Assembly (NCBI RefSeq): GCF_963675165.1
Contig: NC_087378.1
Coordinates: 270,562-334,561, forward strand
Direction of reading: 5' to 3'
DNA from: Halichondria panicea
Lineage: Eukaryota
Length of the DNA: 64,000 bases
Positions within the stretch are counted from its first letter, which is position 1, and the number at the start of each line of letters is the position of its first letter. Below are positions 42,151 to 54,441 of the stretch, one piece after another. The translations under genes and the position numbers were made by a program. Below the pieces are notes generated by a model. It ran no database searches, was not told where the DNA came from, and worked only from the letters and a program-made list of their open reading frames with translations.

Positions 42151-42593
42151 ATTGACTGTGTGTTTGTGTCACTAAAAAAAATCATTACACCATTTTGCGT
42201 ACCTGCTTTTGCTTGCAGGTTTAACTGTCTGTTCAGCTCTGTTTGTATTTTTGTATTCTCATCATTATTATTTTTGTGTGCATGTACTATTAGGAGTGCA
42301 CATGTACTCCTGGCACTATTTATACTATTTTTGTGTCTCTGTACAGTGGAATCACATTCATTTTTTGTCATGTGCACAGCATTAACTATATTCATATGAA
42401 ATCTTGTAAAGATAAAGAATATTGACTACAAAGAGGAATTGAAATATCAAAAATAATAAAGCAATCTAACAAGCTATGGGGAACAGATGGTCCAGACACA
42501 GTAAGGGAAGTAATTGGTGCAAGCCCAGCAGAGTTTGTAAGCTTAGCTGTATATTGATAATCTGCATATTGATAATCTGCATGTGCTAACAAT

Positions 42594-43319
42594 TTGGCTC
42601 CTGTATACATTACAGAGGAGGATACTTCGGCTTCTCTGCCACCACGTCTGCTCAACAGTTCACGGCCTCCCCCTGTCCAACGAGCCAACAGTGATCCAGT
42701 CAACTGTCCAATCCCTTCACCCACTCCTGAAGAACACATTCAATTCACACCTTTCAGTTTCATACTACCAGATAATGCACTCTCTGAACCTTCCCTCAAA
42801 CACCCGCCCACCACCCTCCCACAACCCACACACACACACAACGATGATGATATTGAGCTGTCAGTACGAGATGAAGGTGATGAATGGTGGAGTATCAATC
42901 GTAGGCTTGCAGCAGACGCAGTGGCGGCCACTCCCAACACTAGCAGCTCTGAGGGCACTGACCAGGGCAGTCAGACAAACACCTTTCAATGCTCATATCT
43001 TGGAATGCATAGCTTCACCATTGGCTCGAGGGAACCACAGTCAATAGAACAGAACACAACAGAACAGCAACTACAGGAAGATGTTGTATTGGAAGAAAAT
43101 AGCCATTCAAAAAGCAGCCAAGAGCAAGGACACTCTGTGAGCGTTGGTGGGAGTAGCCACATGCCTGCAGTGTACCTTGGCATGAACAGTTACATCCTGA
43201 CCAAGGAGGAAGAGCTGGAGGAACCAGAATGCAATGATGATAAAACCACTCAAAGTCATGAGGAGTCAATTAATTACAGTAGCTACAATGCTGTTTATCT
43301 GGGAATGACATGCCATTAA
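42594..43319 (+). CDS. Hypothetical low-complexity ORF (241 aa) with three (A)VYLGM(H/N/T) motifs and a Ser/Pro/acidic-rich body. It may be a separate small gene or an alternative terminal exon (acceptor ttacag at ~42620).
   Basis: Long ORF in non-repetitive sequence. The repeated motifs SYLGMHSF, AVYLGMNSY and AVYLGMTCH are spaced ~60 aa apart. Confidence 0.25.
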   Translation: MAPVYITEEDTSASLPPRLLNSSRPPPVQRANSDPVNCPIPSPTPEEHIQFTPFSFILPDNALSEPSLKHPPTTLPQPTHTHNDDDIELSVRDEGDEWWSINRRLAADAVAATPNTSSSEGTDQGSQTNTFQCSYLGMHSFTIGSREPQSIEQNTTEQQLQEDVVLEENSHSKSSQEQGHSVSVGGSSHMPAVYLGMNSYILTKEEELEEPECNDDKTTQSHEESINYSSYNAVYLGMTCH

Positions 43320-44405
43320 TTGTTCTGTTTTTGGATTTACTGTGTCTCAATAGCTGCATTGTTACTATTGTATTGTTGATGTGTACAACACCTTGTTTCT
43401 ATCTCTACCACAATGTTATGTCAAGAGGAACTCTTGGTCATGTGCAAACACAAACCCTGGGACTTCCCCGATCCCTAACTCGCTAGCTATATAGCTGCTT
43501 CTATCTATGCTGCCACGAACAGTCAACTACTAGCCTAGGCTAACCTGAACACTCCTTTGGCAGTTGATACATCAAAACAACAGGTACAATCATTGATACA
43601 ATAGCTACAAAAACTGATAAATAGCTAGCTGGTGTCATTAAGCCTTCTAAAGTTAACTTCAAAAGGGGGGGTCAAGGGACCCCATGGACCCTCCTCTGGA
43701 TCCGCCACTGATAGCCTCCGATCCCATCTTCAGTGCGGCCTGGAACGAGGCTAGGCATACCGTAGCGGGTTATTTTCGAGGCACTAAATTCGAACAAAAG
43801 AGGATTTTATTCTGTGTGGTCAATCCTCCTCGAAAACCTCGAAAATTTTGTGCCTCGAGCTATAACGGACATACGTAGATACTTGCTCATAATTAAGTGC
43901 CTTAATTTATGAGGCATTAATTTATGAGGCACTGCACTAAAGCAAGACTACTCGAAAATTTGAATTTACTTCCCGTATTGTACTCTATATACTGTAGGGG
44001 TATGAACCTCCATCCTTGCCATCCTTGAAAATAAAATCTTTATTTGAGGCGAACAAATTATAACTAAAACGAATGTTTCAATGGCTCCTACTATAGACAC
44101 CTACCGTATACGTGGAAAATTGGTCGGTTTTTAATTTGGCGGATTTACAAGATCGCAATTAGTAGACACAACACCATTGCAGCAGTAGCCACGCCTGAGA
44201 CGACAAGTCAGTTCAAATGCATTATTTGCCAAATCCACCAAAATTAATTAATAATAATATTGTCCAGTTATAATTAGAAAAAACTGCTGTTGATGAATTT
44301 GTATGTACATGTTACCCTCTTCTACTCTACGTCTTTTTCTTATAGGGATTCGGAACTGCTCTCGCATTTTTGTAAGAGTCAGCTATCCTGCCTTCTACCA
44401 AAACA

Positions 44406-46205
44406 TGGCTTCTAAGCCAGCTCCTGGAAGCAGCTACCAATCTATTGAATACCAAACGATGGTCAAGTGTGCTTCTTCAAATTTAAATTGCATTAAATCA
44501 TCACCAAACACCATTGGAACAGCAATGTTCGGAGAAGGCTACATCTCCGAGTATGTCAGAGATATTGTTGGTTCTACGAGTGTATCCGGAGTCGACAAAG
44601 CACAACAGCTTCTGAATACCATAACCGATCGTGTAAAAACCGATCCCCTTGCTTACAATGGCTTTGTTGAGATCATCAGAAATGAAGGTACATGGGCATG
44701 TTGTTATTTGGAGCAACTTCAGAAAGTCTATGAGGAGCTTAGCCTTGAAGCACAACAAATTGAGGAACAGTGCTTGAGTGATTCTGATAATTCCTTTCAT
44801 TCCCTCCCTGACGAGTTATCTTCTCTCAACATAGGTGCAGATGTTACCTCACAAGGATTCATTTGTCCTTATTGTAAAAAGTGCTCTCCCGAATCTTCTT
44901 TTGAAAATGATTGCCCACATGCTGAAGAGACAGAGAAGCTAGAGTGCAAAGCTTTCTTCCCATTTTTAGATTGCTCTAAAATTGATCCTGAAGATAAGAA
45001 AGATCTAGAATGGCACCTTCTTCAAGATTATCGAAAGATTCTAAAGTCTTACGCTCGCCTGGAAAATTCACTAATCAACTCTCTTGAATCTCGTGAAGTG
45101 AACATTGAAAAACTTGACAACTTTGTTTGGAATCTCGTAGAGCCACCTCAAACACAGCAGCAGAAAAAAGTCGAAAAAGCTGAAACGGTGACAGCAATAT
45201 TTATACGTGTACGTCCTCACAAATCGTTCTTCAATTATGATATTGTAGAAGAAGTTTCAAAAGAGTTCGGGACACCTGCCGATAAGAAATTAGTTGCCGA
45301 GTATGTAGCTGCCTTGAATGAATACTGTAAACGCAGTGTGTTTGAAGTTCCTCCTGTCTTTATTCATAATGCCTCCGAAAGGAATGATTGCAAACAGTTT
45401 GCTTTTAAATACACTCCAGGAAACCCTGTTACACTGGGAGACGTTCAGATTATACGTAGAAAAATTGCTTCTATTCTTGGGATTAATGTGAGACTGTTGA
45501 AGCTTTGTTCTATCGAAAAAGGGTGTGTAAAAATGGTCTTCCTTGTGCCCGAGTTTGTTCTTGAAATTATTAACTCCATTTCTGTGAAACAGAGATCTGC
45601 ACTTACAAATCTCTGCATCAAAATTGTGCCAGTAATTGACAGCCGTCAACCACACTCAGATGCTATCACAGTTTCTGATAAAGTATGTCGCTTAGCTATA
45701 TGCATACATACTAGTATACGTAGCTGGTTTGTAGCTGTCTGTTTCATCCATATAACTCTTCGTTCACAGGAAGTTGAATCTCCAAAAGCTGACAAAAAAG
45801 GTCAGTCATTATTCCGAGGCGCGTGGGCGGTCACGGGTTATAGTATAGTCTGTTGGTTACATATAAGGGTGCAAGATTGGATCTTTATACCGCAACCAGT
45901 AAATTATGTATAATTGTGTAGTGATGCTGACATAATTTTATTATGGGGTGCTGTTTGTATCAAAATCCAAAAAGGGTTGATGGTATGAAATGGAGTCTAG
46001 CCGTAATCATGACATCTCAATAATCATTTCAGGTTTAGCCTCCTTCACTGGCCTCCTCTTCGAGAAAGTGCGGTCTAGGATCGAGGCTATTGCAGGCGAT
46101 GCTGAACAACTCAAGGTGCTGTTACGCAGCGATTATTCTGAGTCTGCCTATGGCCAGGATGGAATAAACATAGACATGATTAAGCCAGGTGATGTCAATT
46201 ACTAG
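44406..46205 (+). CDS. Gene B. A large first coding exon (44406 to ~45693) encodes an N-terminal helical, possibly death-fold, module plus a Cys-containing middle region. Small exons follow at ~45770-45810 and 46031-46205. The 3' end shares an exon family with gene G. The gene may extend downstream or be spliced to gene C.
   Basis: MASKPAPGSSYQSIEYQTMVKCASSNLNCIKSSPNTIGTAMFGEGYISEYVRDIVGSTSVSGVDKAQQLLNTITDRVKTDPLAYNGFVEIIRNEGTWACCYLEQLQKVYEEL.... The last exon GLASFTGLLFEKVRSRIEAIAGDAEQLKVLLRSDYSESAYGQDGINIDMIKPG is homologous to gene G exon SDAEKLKLLLPPMNYSVFNKDGVNIDFVEPG (46095-46300 is ~85% identical to 61143-61340). The apparent stop GDVNY* may in fact be an intron donor (CCAG|gtgatg), as in gene G. 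Confidence 0.45.
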
Positions 46206-46616
46206 CAAATAGGACACTTATTGATGCATGATAACACAGTTGCCAACACTGCGGACACCAACCTTGAAATCAGTGATGATTCTGCAGTTTCAGATAAAGT
46301 GTATGATATTTATCGAAGCGTAGCTGCACAAGGGATATACCGTATACGTAGCGCTAAATTTTTTCAAGGGGTTTAATTTTTGCTGTTTTCGTAGGTTAGC
46401 AATCCTACATAAAAATAAAGTCCACGAAAATTGTTCTGTAATTAGAATTATCAGCTAAAACTTAAAGGCGTGGCTTCCAGTAAGCAGTCATCCCACAAAC
46501 ATTGTGCAACGAAATGCTTTTAGAGGCTATTCCAAATTTTGCGCTTACGATATATACAATAAAGCTGACTGTGTGTCTGTTTTGCAATAGATTTGTCGTT
46601 GAGGGTGGGTTGTGCC

Positions 46617-49005
46617 ATGCAACCTACCATCCCCGAACCAGAAGGTTATATTGACTCTGAGCAGCCAAAACCAAAGCCTGTTCTCCCAAATGGTAAGAGT
46701 GCTCATGCATTTGTGACAAAATAGGTTCACAATCTTTTCACCATTATTTTAGAAACTGGAGAAAGTATGGTCGAATTCATATACAGACGAACCAAAGACA
46801 ATTATGTTCGATTGACAAGTGACATCCGTAGGCTAAACCCTCACCATGTAGCGGTGTACCTGTTTCAGAATAACCTGATTGGCATGGAGGAACTCAACTA
46901 TTCGGCTAACCTATACCGTGAAGATAGTGTCAAAGCAACTCGATTAGCCAATGTAATCTTCACCTGCGACCTCCCTCACCAGTTCCAGGCTGTCCTGACG
47001 GCATTCGAAGAAGCTGGAGTTGAGACTGTGACAGAGATTGCAGGTAAATATTAAGCGTTTTTTAGTTTGTATTAATTTTAAGCTGTTGCAGCTGAAGCGA
47101 GAGATCTTTATCCTGATGCCTTCCTTCCTTCCTCTGATCCAGAGACTCCACTGAGTCAACAGGTAATCATTGTATGACTTGTGTATGTATGGTAATATAA
47201 TATAATTGTTGACCTTGTAGAATAAAAACTTAGAGTTTGATCAACTTAAAGAAAAGATAACGCAAGTGTCAGCTGATGGAGGTGGTGGTCCCACAGCAGC
47301 TATAGCATACATTAACGAGCTGGTTCATCCAAAGGTTGGTTACGGATAAACTCTCACGCACCGGTATTTCACATGCAAAGCTATTGGTGGGTGTGGTTTC
47401 CTGGCATTAGAAGAACCCACAAAAATTAATTTATGTTGAGGGCTCTGGAACAAAATAATAGTAAAAAATTTCCCACTATATACGGTAATATGTTGTGCAG
47501 GAGAGGGAGTTGCTGCTTCACAAGGCCAGTCATGGCACCACTGACTTGAATACCTTCAACATTGTGCTCCTGTCTACAGAGGCAGCATTGATCAACTTTT
47601 CAGATGAGGTAAAATAATAACAGCTGTATAAGTTATTTGATGTGTTGTCTAACCTCAGAGAGTCAACCAGAGGACCCCACTCCATGTTGCTTGTGCGTGT
47701 CTGCCTGATACTCGAGACGACATTAAGACTAAGCAACAGTTGTCAAAAATCGACAGCTTATTGAAGCATGAAGCTAAAGCTACACTGCAAGACATTGTGA
47801 GCTCATGTTATACACACACTGCTAATAATGACGTGTCTACAGGATGGCAACACCCCCCTACACTTGGCTGCACTACGCGGTAATGCCAAAGCAGTGTCAT
47901 TGATTTTGACGCTTGATCCAGACTCCAGGAACATAGCAAACCATGTGAGAGATAATGTATTAGCTGCGCACATGAAAATAATGATAACATAATATATATC
48001 ACCCTGTGTTCTTATGTACAGCTTGGTAACACAGCATTACATATAGCAAGTAAGAAAAACTTCTTGGAAGTGGCCCGAGCTCTGTGTGCGCACAAGGTGG
48101 ATGCTTGTCTATCCAACAAGACGAAGGTTGGTGAAGGGATCGGTGTGTGAGTGTGTATATTGGGTAATGTTGGCATATAATTACAGAAATCACGTACTCC
48201 TTTGCATCAAGCTGCGTCCAATGGCCATTTGAAGATGGCAAACATGATCCTGGAGTATGAACCCAGTTCAGCAGTGTGTGTTGACAAGGTTTGTTCGGAT
48301 ATTGTCATGATACCATAATGATTAATAGCTTTATTTTGTAGAAAAACATGAGCCCTCTGCTACTGGCTGCTAAGTGTCGCAAGGTGAACATTGTTGAGCG
48401 GCTGGTCAAGAAATCTCTGTGTCCAGTTTTTGTAATTGATAATGTGAGTTCTAATTTTTTGACATGCCACAGGCTAGATTAAATGTCTCCCTCACTCCAG
48501 GAGGGGAGGACCCCTCTCCACTTTGCCTGTGCCTGGGGTAGCTACGAACTTGTTGAGCTTCTCTTGAAAGCAAACAGCTCGAGAAATTTCGTCAACCACA
48601 AGGACAACAAGGGAGATACTGCATTGCATATAGCCGGTCATCATGGTGATACCAAGGTCTGGAAACTTCTGTGCTCTAAGAATGCCTCCAAAAAAGCAGT
48701 CAATGATGTAAGCTTTTATACAGTACTCTATATGTATCATTACCATGAACCACTCTAGTTTGATGAGACACCTAAGGAGGTAGCAGCCAATGCTGGTCAT
48801 CACTCTCTTCCTTATAGAGGACGAATAATTAAAAAAGTTACAAGGAAGATTCAGAAGAAGATATCAAAGCAGCCTACCCTAAGCTCCTCTCAGTCGTGTG
48901 TGTCCCTCAGGTCTACTGCCAGTGCCCTGTCATTCCAGTCCACCATCTCTGCCAACAACTACCTACAAACTACCGAAGAAAGCGACCTCGATGAAACTGT
49001 GTGAA
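46617..49005 (+). CDS. Gene C, ~13 exons: a CARD/death-fold domain followed by ~8 ankyrin repeats and a basic/Ser-rich tail.
   Basis: CARD-like exon 46750-47052: ETGESMVEFIYRRTKDNYVRLTSDIRRLNPHHVAVYLFQNNLIGMEELNYSANLYREDSVKATRLANVIFTCDLPHQFQAVLTAFEEAGVETVTEIA. ANK exons: RVNQRTPLHVACAC..., DGNTPLHLAALRGNAKAVSLILTLDPD, LGNTALHIASKKNFLEVARALCAHKVD, KSRTPLHQAASNGHLKMANMILEY, KNMSPLLLAAKCRKVNIVERLVKK, EGRTPLHFACAWGSYELVELLLKAN...KGDTALHIAGHHGDTKVWKLLCSKNASKKAVND. Last exon ...ETPKEVAANAGHH...ESDLDETV*. The first exon has an upstream AG acceptor, so fusion with gene B transcripts is possible. Confidence 0.65.
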
Positions 49006-49242
49006 CTGTTTATTTATTATTATTTCTCGTCTGATGTTTTTATGTCTTTGTACTCGAGTACTCATGCTATATATGCAACCAATGCATCTATATATTTTTA
49101 CCTAGATGTTTTGATGTGGACATAATACATGTAATGTTATTATCTGGAATAATTATTGTAAATTACATGGCTGACATAAAAAGTGCTAGAGACACAAAAA
49201 GTGAACAAAATTGAGTGAAATGAACAGTACTGTGATAGTCCA

Positions 49243-52200
49243 TTATAGAGGCTCTCCACCAGCTGGGGGGATGGTATGGGCGGAGCTAGTACTCGTCAGC
49301 AGAGAGTGGGCGGAGCTAGTACTCGTTAGCAGAGAGTCTGTCGAGGACATCCTTGGAAAATGATCTCTTCTTCTACTATTGAACAATCCTCTGATGCCCT
49401 TCTTGGGATGTGGGGGATGACCAGCATTTACCCCAGCCTCCTTGGCAGTCTCACCAGCCTGTACATAATACAGAAGGGGCGGTAAATAGCATCAGCCACA
49501 TAAACTTGCAAAACACATGATATATAATACAACTTAGGGGGAGGGGAAGCCAACAACAGTTACACAGTTACACTAGTTGTACATGTACTTACTTTGTTTG
49601 TGATTTTCTTGGATGCATTCTTTGACTTGAGTAGGGTGACTATATCACAGTTACCATGCCGATAAGCTAAGTGTAGGGCGGAGTCTCCGTGGTTGTCTTG
49701 AGTGTTTATGTAGGAGTGAGATGAGTCAGTCTTGAGCAACCAGCCCACCAGTTCACTCTCCCCCCACTCACACGCATAGTGGAGGGGGGTACGTCCATCC
49801 TACAGGGGGAGGGAAGGGGGGTAGTGTACATGCATAGTGGAGGGGGGTACGCCCATCCTACAGGGGGAGGGAGGGGAGGGGGGTAGTGTACATGCATAGT
49901 GGAGGGGGTACGTCCATCCTACAGGGGAGGGGGGTAGTGTACATGTACTATAGGTATTGTTAATCATTAACCATTTAGAGGACATGAAAGCTGTTCATAC
50001 AATGCTTACACTCGCAGTGTAGTGACCTTACACCCCTTATTATTATATGCAACAATGGAACAGCTGACTCAGAGCACTACACAATAATAGCTTCTGTGTG
50101 GGTGGAGAAACTGCTGAGTCATATTATAGTGAATATGGTACTAGTGGGTACAATAGCTCACAGCGTCAGGCCAGGTGACTGGACAGTGTTGCTGACTCAA
50201 CAAGCTAACAGCCATGGCAGCAGAGCGATGTTTCAGGGCAAGATGCAGCGGCTGCATTCGTTTCTATGGAAGCAAGGAGGCACATGAGATAGTTGGGCCT
50301 ATCACATGACAATGGCTTACCCCATCAGTACAGTCCACCACTCCAGGGTCATAGTTCACCAGCACCTCCACTACTTTAGTGTGTCCCTTCACTATGGCTT
50401 GGTGTAGTGGACAACGCTGCTTCTATAAGAGGGGGTGAAGGGTTGGTACAGGGTCATCAATATAACTAGCATACCTTTGTTCTGTTGAGCAGTCTTGCAT
50501 TGGCTTGATGCTCCAGTAGTACAGAGATGACACTAAGGCGTCCTTCTCTACAGGCTATGTGCAGTGAGGTGTTGCCCAGCTGCACACAGTTAAAGACTAT
50601 GAATACACGTTTTAAGTACATTCACACTTTCACAAGTCTAGCTGGGGGGGACACAGCTGGTTGTAATTACTGGGTTAGGAGTGCTCTGGCATCATGAATC
50701 AACTTGGAGGTTGACAGAGCAAAGCAAACAGGAACACAAGGAACTTAATTCAGTTCCTAATAGAAAACCCTGGTCAATGGCTTCAATACAATACTCATAA
50801 ACAGGAAGCCTGGAACACACACACACACACACACACACACACTACCACAACTCACGTTGTTGGCAATGTCCCGGCAGGTTGGGGTATTCTTGAGAATGAG
50901 TTTAACACAGTCTGCATTGTTGTGCAAGGTGGCCAGGTGCAGTGGAGTGTTGCCATCCTATACATGCACATAGCAACAATGGTGAGGCTAGCTAGCACAC
51001 GGTGAGCACATGTTACCTTATCAGGCAGAGTGCAGTCTGAGCTGAGACTGAGCAGTTTAGTGATCTTGGTTTTCTGTTGTTCCTCAAGCCAGCGAGTCCT
51101 CTCATTGATAGTCAGTGGGAGGTAGGTACAAGCCACGGCCAGCGGTGTGCGATCATCTAGTCTCTGTGGATACAATCAAAGAATCACTAAAAGCAACAAC
51201 AAACTCACTAGTTTAAACCATCCACTAAAATAATCTCCTGAGCGTGCACAACAAAGCTATAATTACACTACAAATGCACATACATTGGAGTGAAAAGAAA
51301 ACATGTTAAATATTGATTGGCTGACCTCATTCCTGTGATTGACCATGTTCTTGTCGACATTCATTAGAACAATGTTGAATGTGAACACATCAGTGCCCTG
51401 TGCACACGCCTCATGTAGCAGCGACCTGCTGACCTATACAGAGACAGAGGGGGGGGGCAGGGTAAATAGCTATTGTAATTTATAGGCAGTAATGGTCTAA
51501 TATCACACAAACACCAACCCACCTCCCTGTCTGGATCTTGGTCGATGTGTCCCTGCAAGAATCTCACAGCTGCCAGGAAACCATCATCTCTGAACGTCCT
51601 CCGTGTCTCCATCAGCTGTAGTAACACGCACATGACACATCATGTACACACCAACACAGGAACTGACTCACAATGCTCTCAACTGGACTGTCTTGCAACG
51701 TACTGGTTGAGATGTAGTCGAGTTGAAACCCTTCTGATGGTAATCTCCCAGATCCACCTGCAGTTGATAGTACACATACACGTTCACATTATGTTATGAG
51801 CTCAACAATCAACGCTTACAGTCGCTGTTGGAATTACTGGGATGTCTAAATGAGTCCAGATCACAGCGCAGGTTCAGTGAGCGGCCACTCCCCACGCTGT
51901 CCGCTACCTCAGGAAATGCCAGTGACATAATCTCTCTAGACTCCACACTGGCAGTCCTAGTGGTCCTAGACTCAACACTGGCAGTCCTAGCGGTCCTAGA
52001 CTCCACACTGGCTGTTCGGGACTTGTCCCTAGGCCGAGACTCGAGGCTGGACAGAGGGGAGGTATCTTGTAAGAGGGGCCCAGAGTCTGCACTGGAGCTT
52101 CGGGTGTGCTGAGGACTGGAGGGACCTGGGTCACATGATAATGACTCCTCGATAATGCTAGGAAGGGGACCGGGATCAAAGAGAAATCTGGATCTTGGCA

Positions 52201-52498
52201 ACTCTGGATCACTGGGACACTTGTGTATTGGCCTGTCTGCAGAGCATGGCTCTCTTGAAGGACCTGCATGTACGTAGTCAACCACTAGCTACAGTAAGAG
52301 TTGGGTGGGTACCTGTGTGAATATCCTCTGACACAAACACCTCACAGCTCTCCTCTATCCCAGGTCCAATAAGAAGCCAGCCCTCAATCTCTTCTGGTGG
52401 GTGGTGGCTGGGCTCTGCAAGACAGGTTCCATCATACACTGCACACTATATATCATGACAGCTAAATAGTCTTACCTTGCTCTTGTTGACTGATAATG
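49243..52498 (-). CDS. Gene D (minus, convergent with gene C). It has an MG-start micro-exon (MGGIISQQEQ at 52498-52468), a Ser/Pro-rich region with SRTARTASVE x3 repeats, at least 6 ankyrin repeats, and a tail paralogous to gene C.
   Basis: Minus-strand exons: KQRCPLHQAIVKGHTKVVEVLVNYDPGVVDCTDG, DGNTPLHLATLHNNADCVKLILKNTPTCRDIANN, DGRTPLHYACEWGESELVGWLLKTDSSHSYINTQDNHGDSALHLAYRHGNCDIVTLLKSKNASKKITNK (compare gene C EGRTPLHFACAWGSYELVELLLKANSS...), last exon AGETAKEAGVNAGHPPHPKK...SLLTSTSSAH x2...*. Stop at 49243-49245. Confidence 0.55.
49263..49330. repeat. In-frame 33-bp tandem duplication (GGGCGGAGCTAGTACTCGT(C/T)AGCAGAGAGT x2) inside the last coding exon of gene D.
   Basis: Read directly. 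On the minus strand it encodes the duplicated SLLTSTSSAH. Confidence 0.8.
49801..49945. repeat. ~62-bp tandem repeat x ~2.5 in a gene D intron. Each unit re-copies the splice acceptor (ctgtag on the minus strand) plus the first ~26 nt of the following ANK exon (GATGGACGTACCCCCCTCCACTATGC).
   Basis: ctacagggggagggaagggggtagtgtacatgcatagtggaggggggtacg(t/c)ccatc is repeated. The authentic exon start is the first copy at 49800. Confidence 0.75.
50813..50842. repeat. (AC)15 microsatellite.
   Basis: acacac run. Confidence 0.9.
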
Positions 52499-52721
52499 CC
52501 TCCCATGATTCACTGCTTGGCCTGGCTTGTCAAACTTGTAGATCTTCAGTCAATAGTGCAACAAATGGAGCCTGCATAGGATGCTACACTGCAGTGACTG
52601 CTCAGCTAAAATGTACGGTAGTACAGTACAGTAGTATTGTAGTGAGAAAGGTCAGCAGTCAGCAAGAAGTCAGCAGAGTGAAAGATCGTCAGTGGAACAA
52701 ACCGTTTCAGTTGTATCATAT

Positions 52722-52749
52722 GATACAGTACTGACGTCAGTACTGTATC
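52722..52749. promoter_or_regulatory. Perfect 28-bp palindrome GATACAGTACTGACGTCAGTACTGTATC centred on a consensus CRE/ATF site (TGACGTCA), ~225 nt upstream of the gene D ATG. An E-box CACGTG lies at ~52795.
   Basis: Read directly. Position is relative to the minus-strand start at 52498. Confidence 0.4.
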
Positions 52750-52761
52750 ATCTATGTTGTA

Positions 52762-54298
52762 TCATAGATAGAAAAGGGAGGGATTGGAAACGAATCACGT
52801 GTGCCGAACACTCCTTGTCTGCCGGAAGCATAGATCAAAGAGGGAAGTGATCACTACTTATACTTCCTCAAAATAAAAATTGTGTTCCAGCCAGCTGATT
52901 TCGAGTATATGGCTTTCAAATTCTAGTTCTCAAGAATGGCTTTCTAGCTCAGGTCTACATTTGCACTGTACAATGGAAAGTAGTGCTCCTGCTCCATTTC
53001 AGAGTAAGTGATGTTGAACTGTTTGTTAATAATAAATAATAATTAATTACTTTCCATTTACTTTCTTTCCTTTTCATGTAAATGCAGGTAGGTTTAAGGA
53101 AGCTTTTATGACTGTTTTGACAGAGAGTACATAGATTCAAAGCTTCATCACCAGAGGAAGCAGTTGCCCTCAACACAGCTTCTGCGTTGATAGTTAATTT
53201 CGTTGGAGGGTTCTGAACATAGTGTGATGGTTCGGGCTGAAATTCTACTCAGAATTGAAGTCGTGACACTCTGCAGCATCATTTAATTATCATGCACAGT
53301 TAAATTTATAGAATTGAACAATAATTTATCACAGTTAAGAATTGAACATTCAATGTGATTGAACATGTTATGGTTGTGCCTTCTTTTGGGAAGGGGTTAT
53401 TCTCATCACCTAGCTGCAATGGTCGCCTTCTATTGTCTTTCAGCAGTTGCCTCTAATTGTTGCACATGTGCTGTTGATCACCCGAAGAGCCTGTGTTCTT
53501 AGCAAATTCACTAACATTCGGGTTCTCGTTGGATTTACCCCTATGTCTTTGTTGGCCAATTTAACGGGGTCCTGGCACAACCTGTTGCTGATGACTCCAG
53601 GTATTGTGAACAGATATCTAACCATCTCCACAAATGACCTCACTGCAGGTATTGTTATAAAAGTATAGTGTGGGCAATAATCAGTATAGCATGCTTACCA
53701 GTAATCCTAAATTCATTCTTTCGTGAATGACGATTCAAAATTTTCACGGCATTTCTGTAAGTGCAAACAAAGACAATGCAAAACTTCAAATACTCCTCTA
53801 ACAGTATATTAGCAGAATATATTCAACTAGCCCTTTTTAGAGATGAAAAAAGGAGACAAAAAACACTCCTGAAATACTTTATTTATTGATATAGTACAAA
53901 AGTTTCACTTGTATCATTCAAAAAGTAATACTTACGCAAAGCACTAGGACCCAAGTATACAGTTTGACACAGGTACAAACTGCAAATCAGCTTTACATAT
54001 GTGCTAGAGGGAGACATAATTTTGACTATCACCTTACCCTACAAAACTGGCCTATTATTCTGCTTCAACTCTACTGAAGTAAGTTTCTAACTTACCAGGT
54101 ATGAATACAGTTAAGCCACGGACATCTGGCCTAACCCAGAAGTCTAAGTTAGACTCTAACAACGTCTGCAAGAACTGAGTCAGAGAAAATCTTTGTTACA
54201 ATCCCGCCAGAACGTGATTACGTAACAAGACAAGGAGTGTTTCAACGGATATCATTGAAATTGTCGTTCGTTTCCAATCCCTCCCTCTTCTATCTATG
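52762..54298. mobile_element. ~1.54-kb non-autonomous TIR DNA element with no transposase ORF. TIRs are at least 33 bp (CATAGATAGAARAGGGAGGGATTGGAAACGAA), extending imperfectly to ~60 bp. It is flanked by a 7-bp target-site duplication GTTGTAT (52755-52761 and 54299-54305). It is inserted in the divergent gene D / Pol lambda intergenic region.
   Basis: Left end ...ctatGTTGTATcatagatagaaaagggagggattggaaacgaatcacg. Right end cgttcgtttccaatccctccctcttctatctatgGTTGTATattc. Interior ORFs are short. Confidence 0.55.
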
Positions 54299-54441
54299 GT
54301 TGTATATTCAGCATAAGGTGGGGAAAGGTCCTCAAAAAAACTAACTGTCTCGAAGGGAAGCCGCGGAATGCCTTTGTGTACCTATGAGAGGGGTGGGGCT
54401 GCTTGGTGGTCAAGAAGCTTTCTAGCCCCTTACAACAAGTG

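Noticed and set aside
51809-52285. Two overlapping minus-strand ORFs in different frames (158 aa and 125 aa) at gene D's 5' region.
   Set aside because: Only one frame can be coding. The region is Ser/Pro-rich low-complexity sequence with a 30-nt tandem repeat, so frame assignment without transcript data is unreliable. It is subsumed in the gene D call at low confidence.
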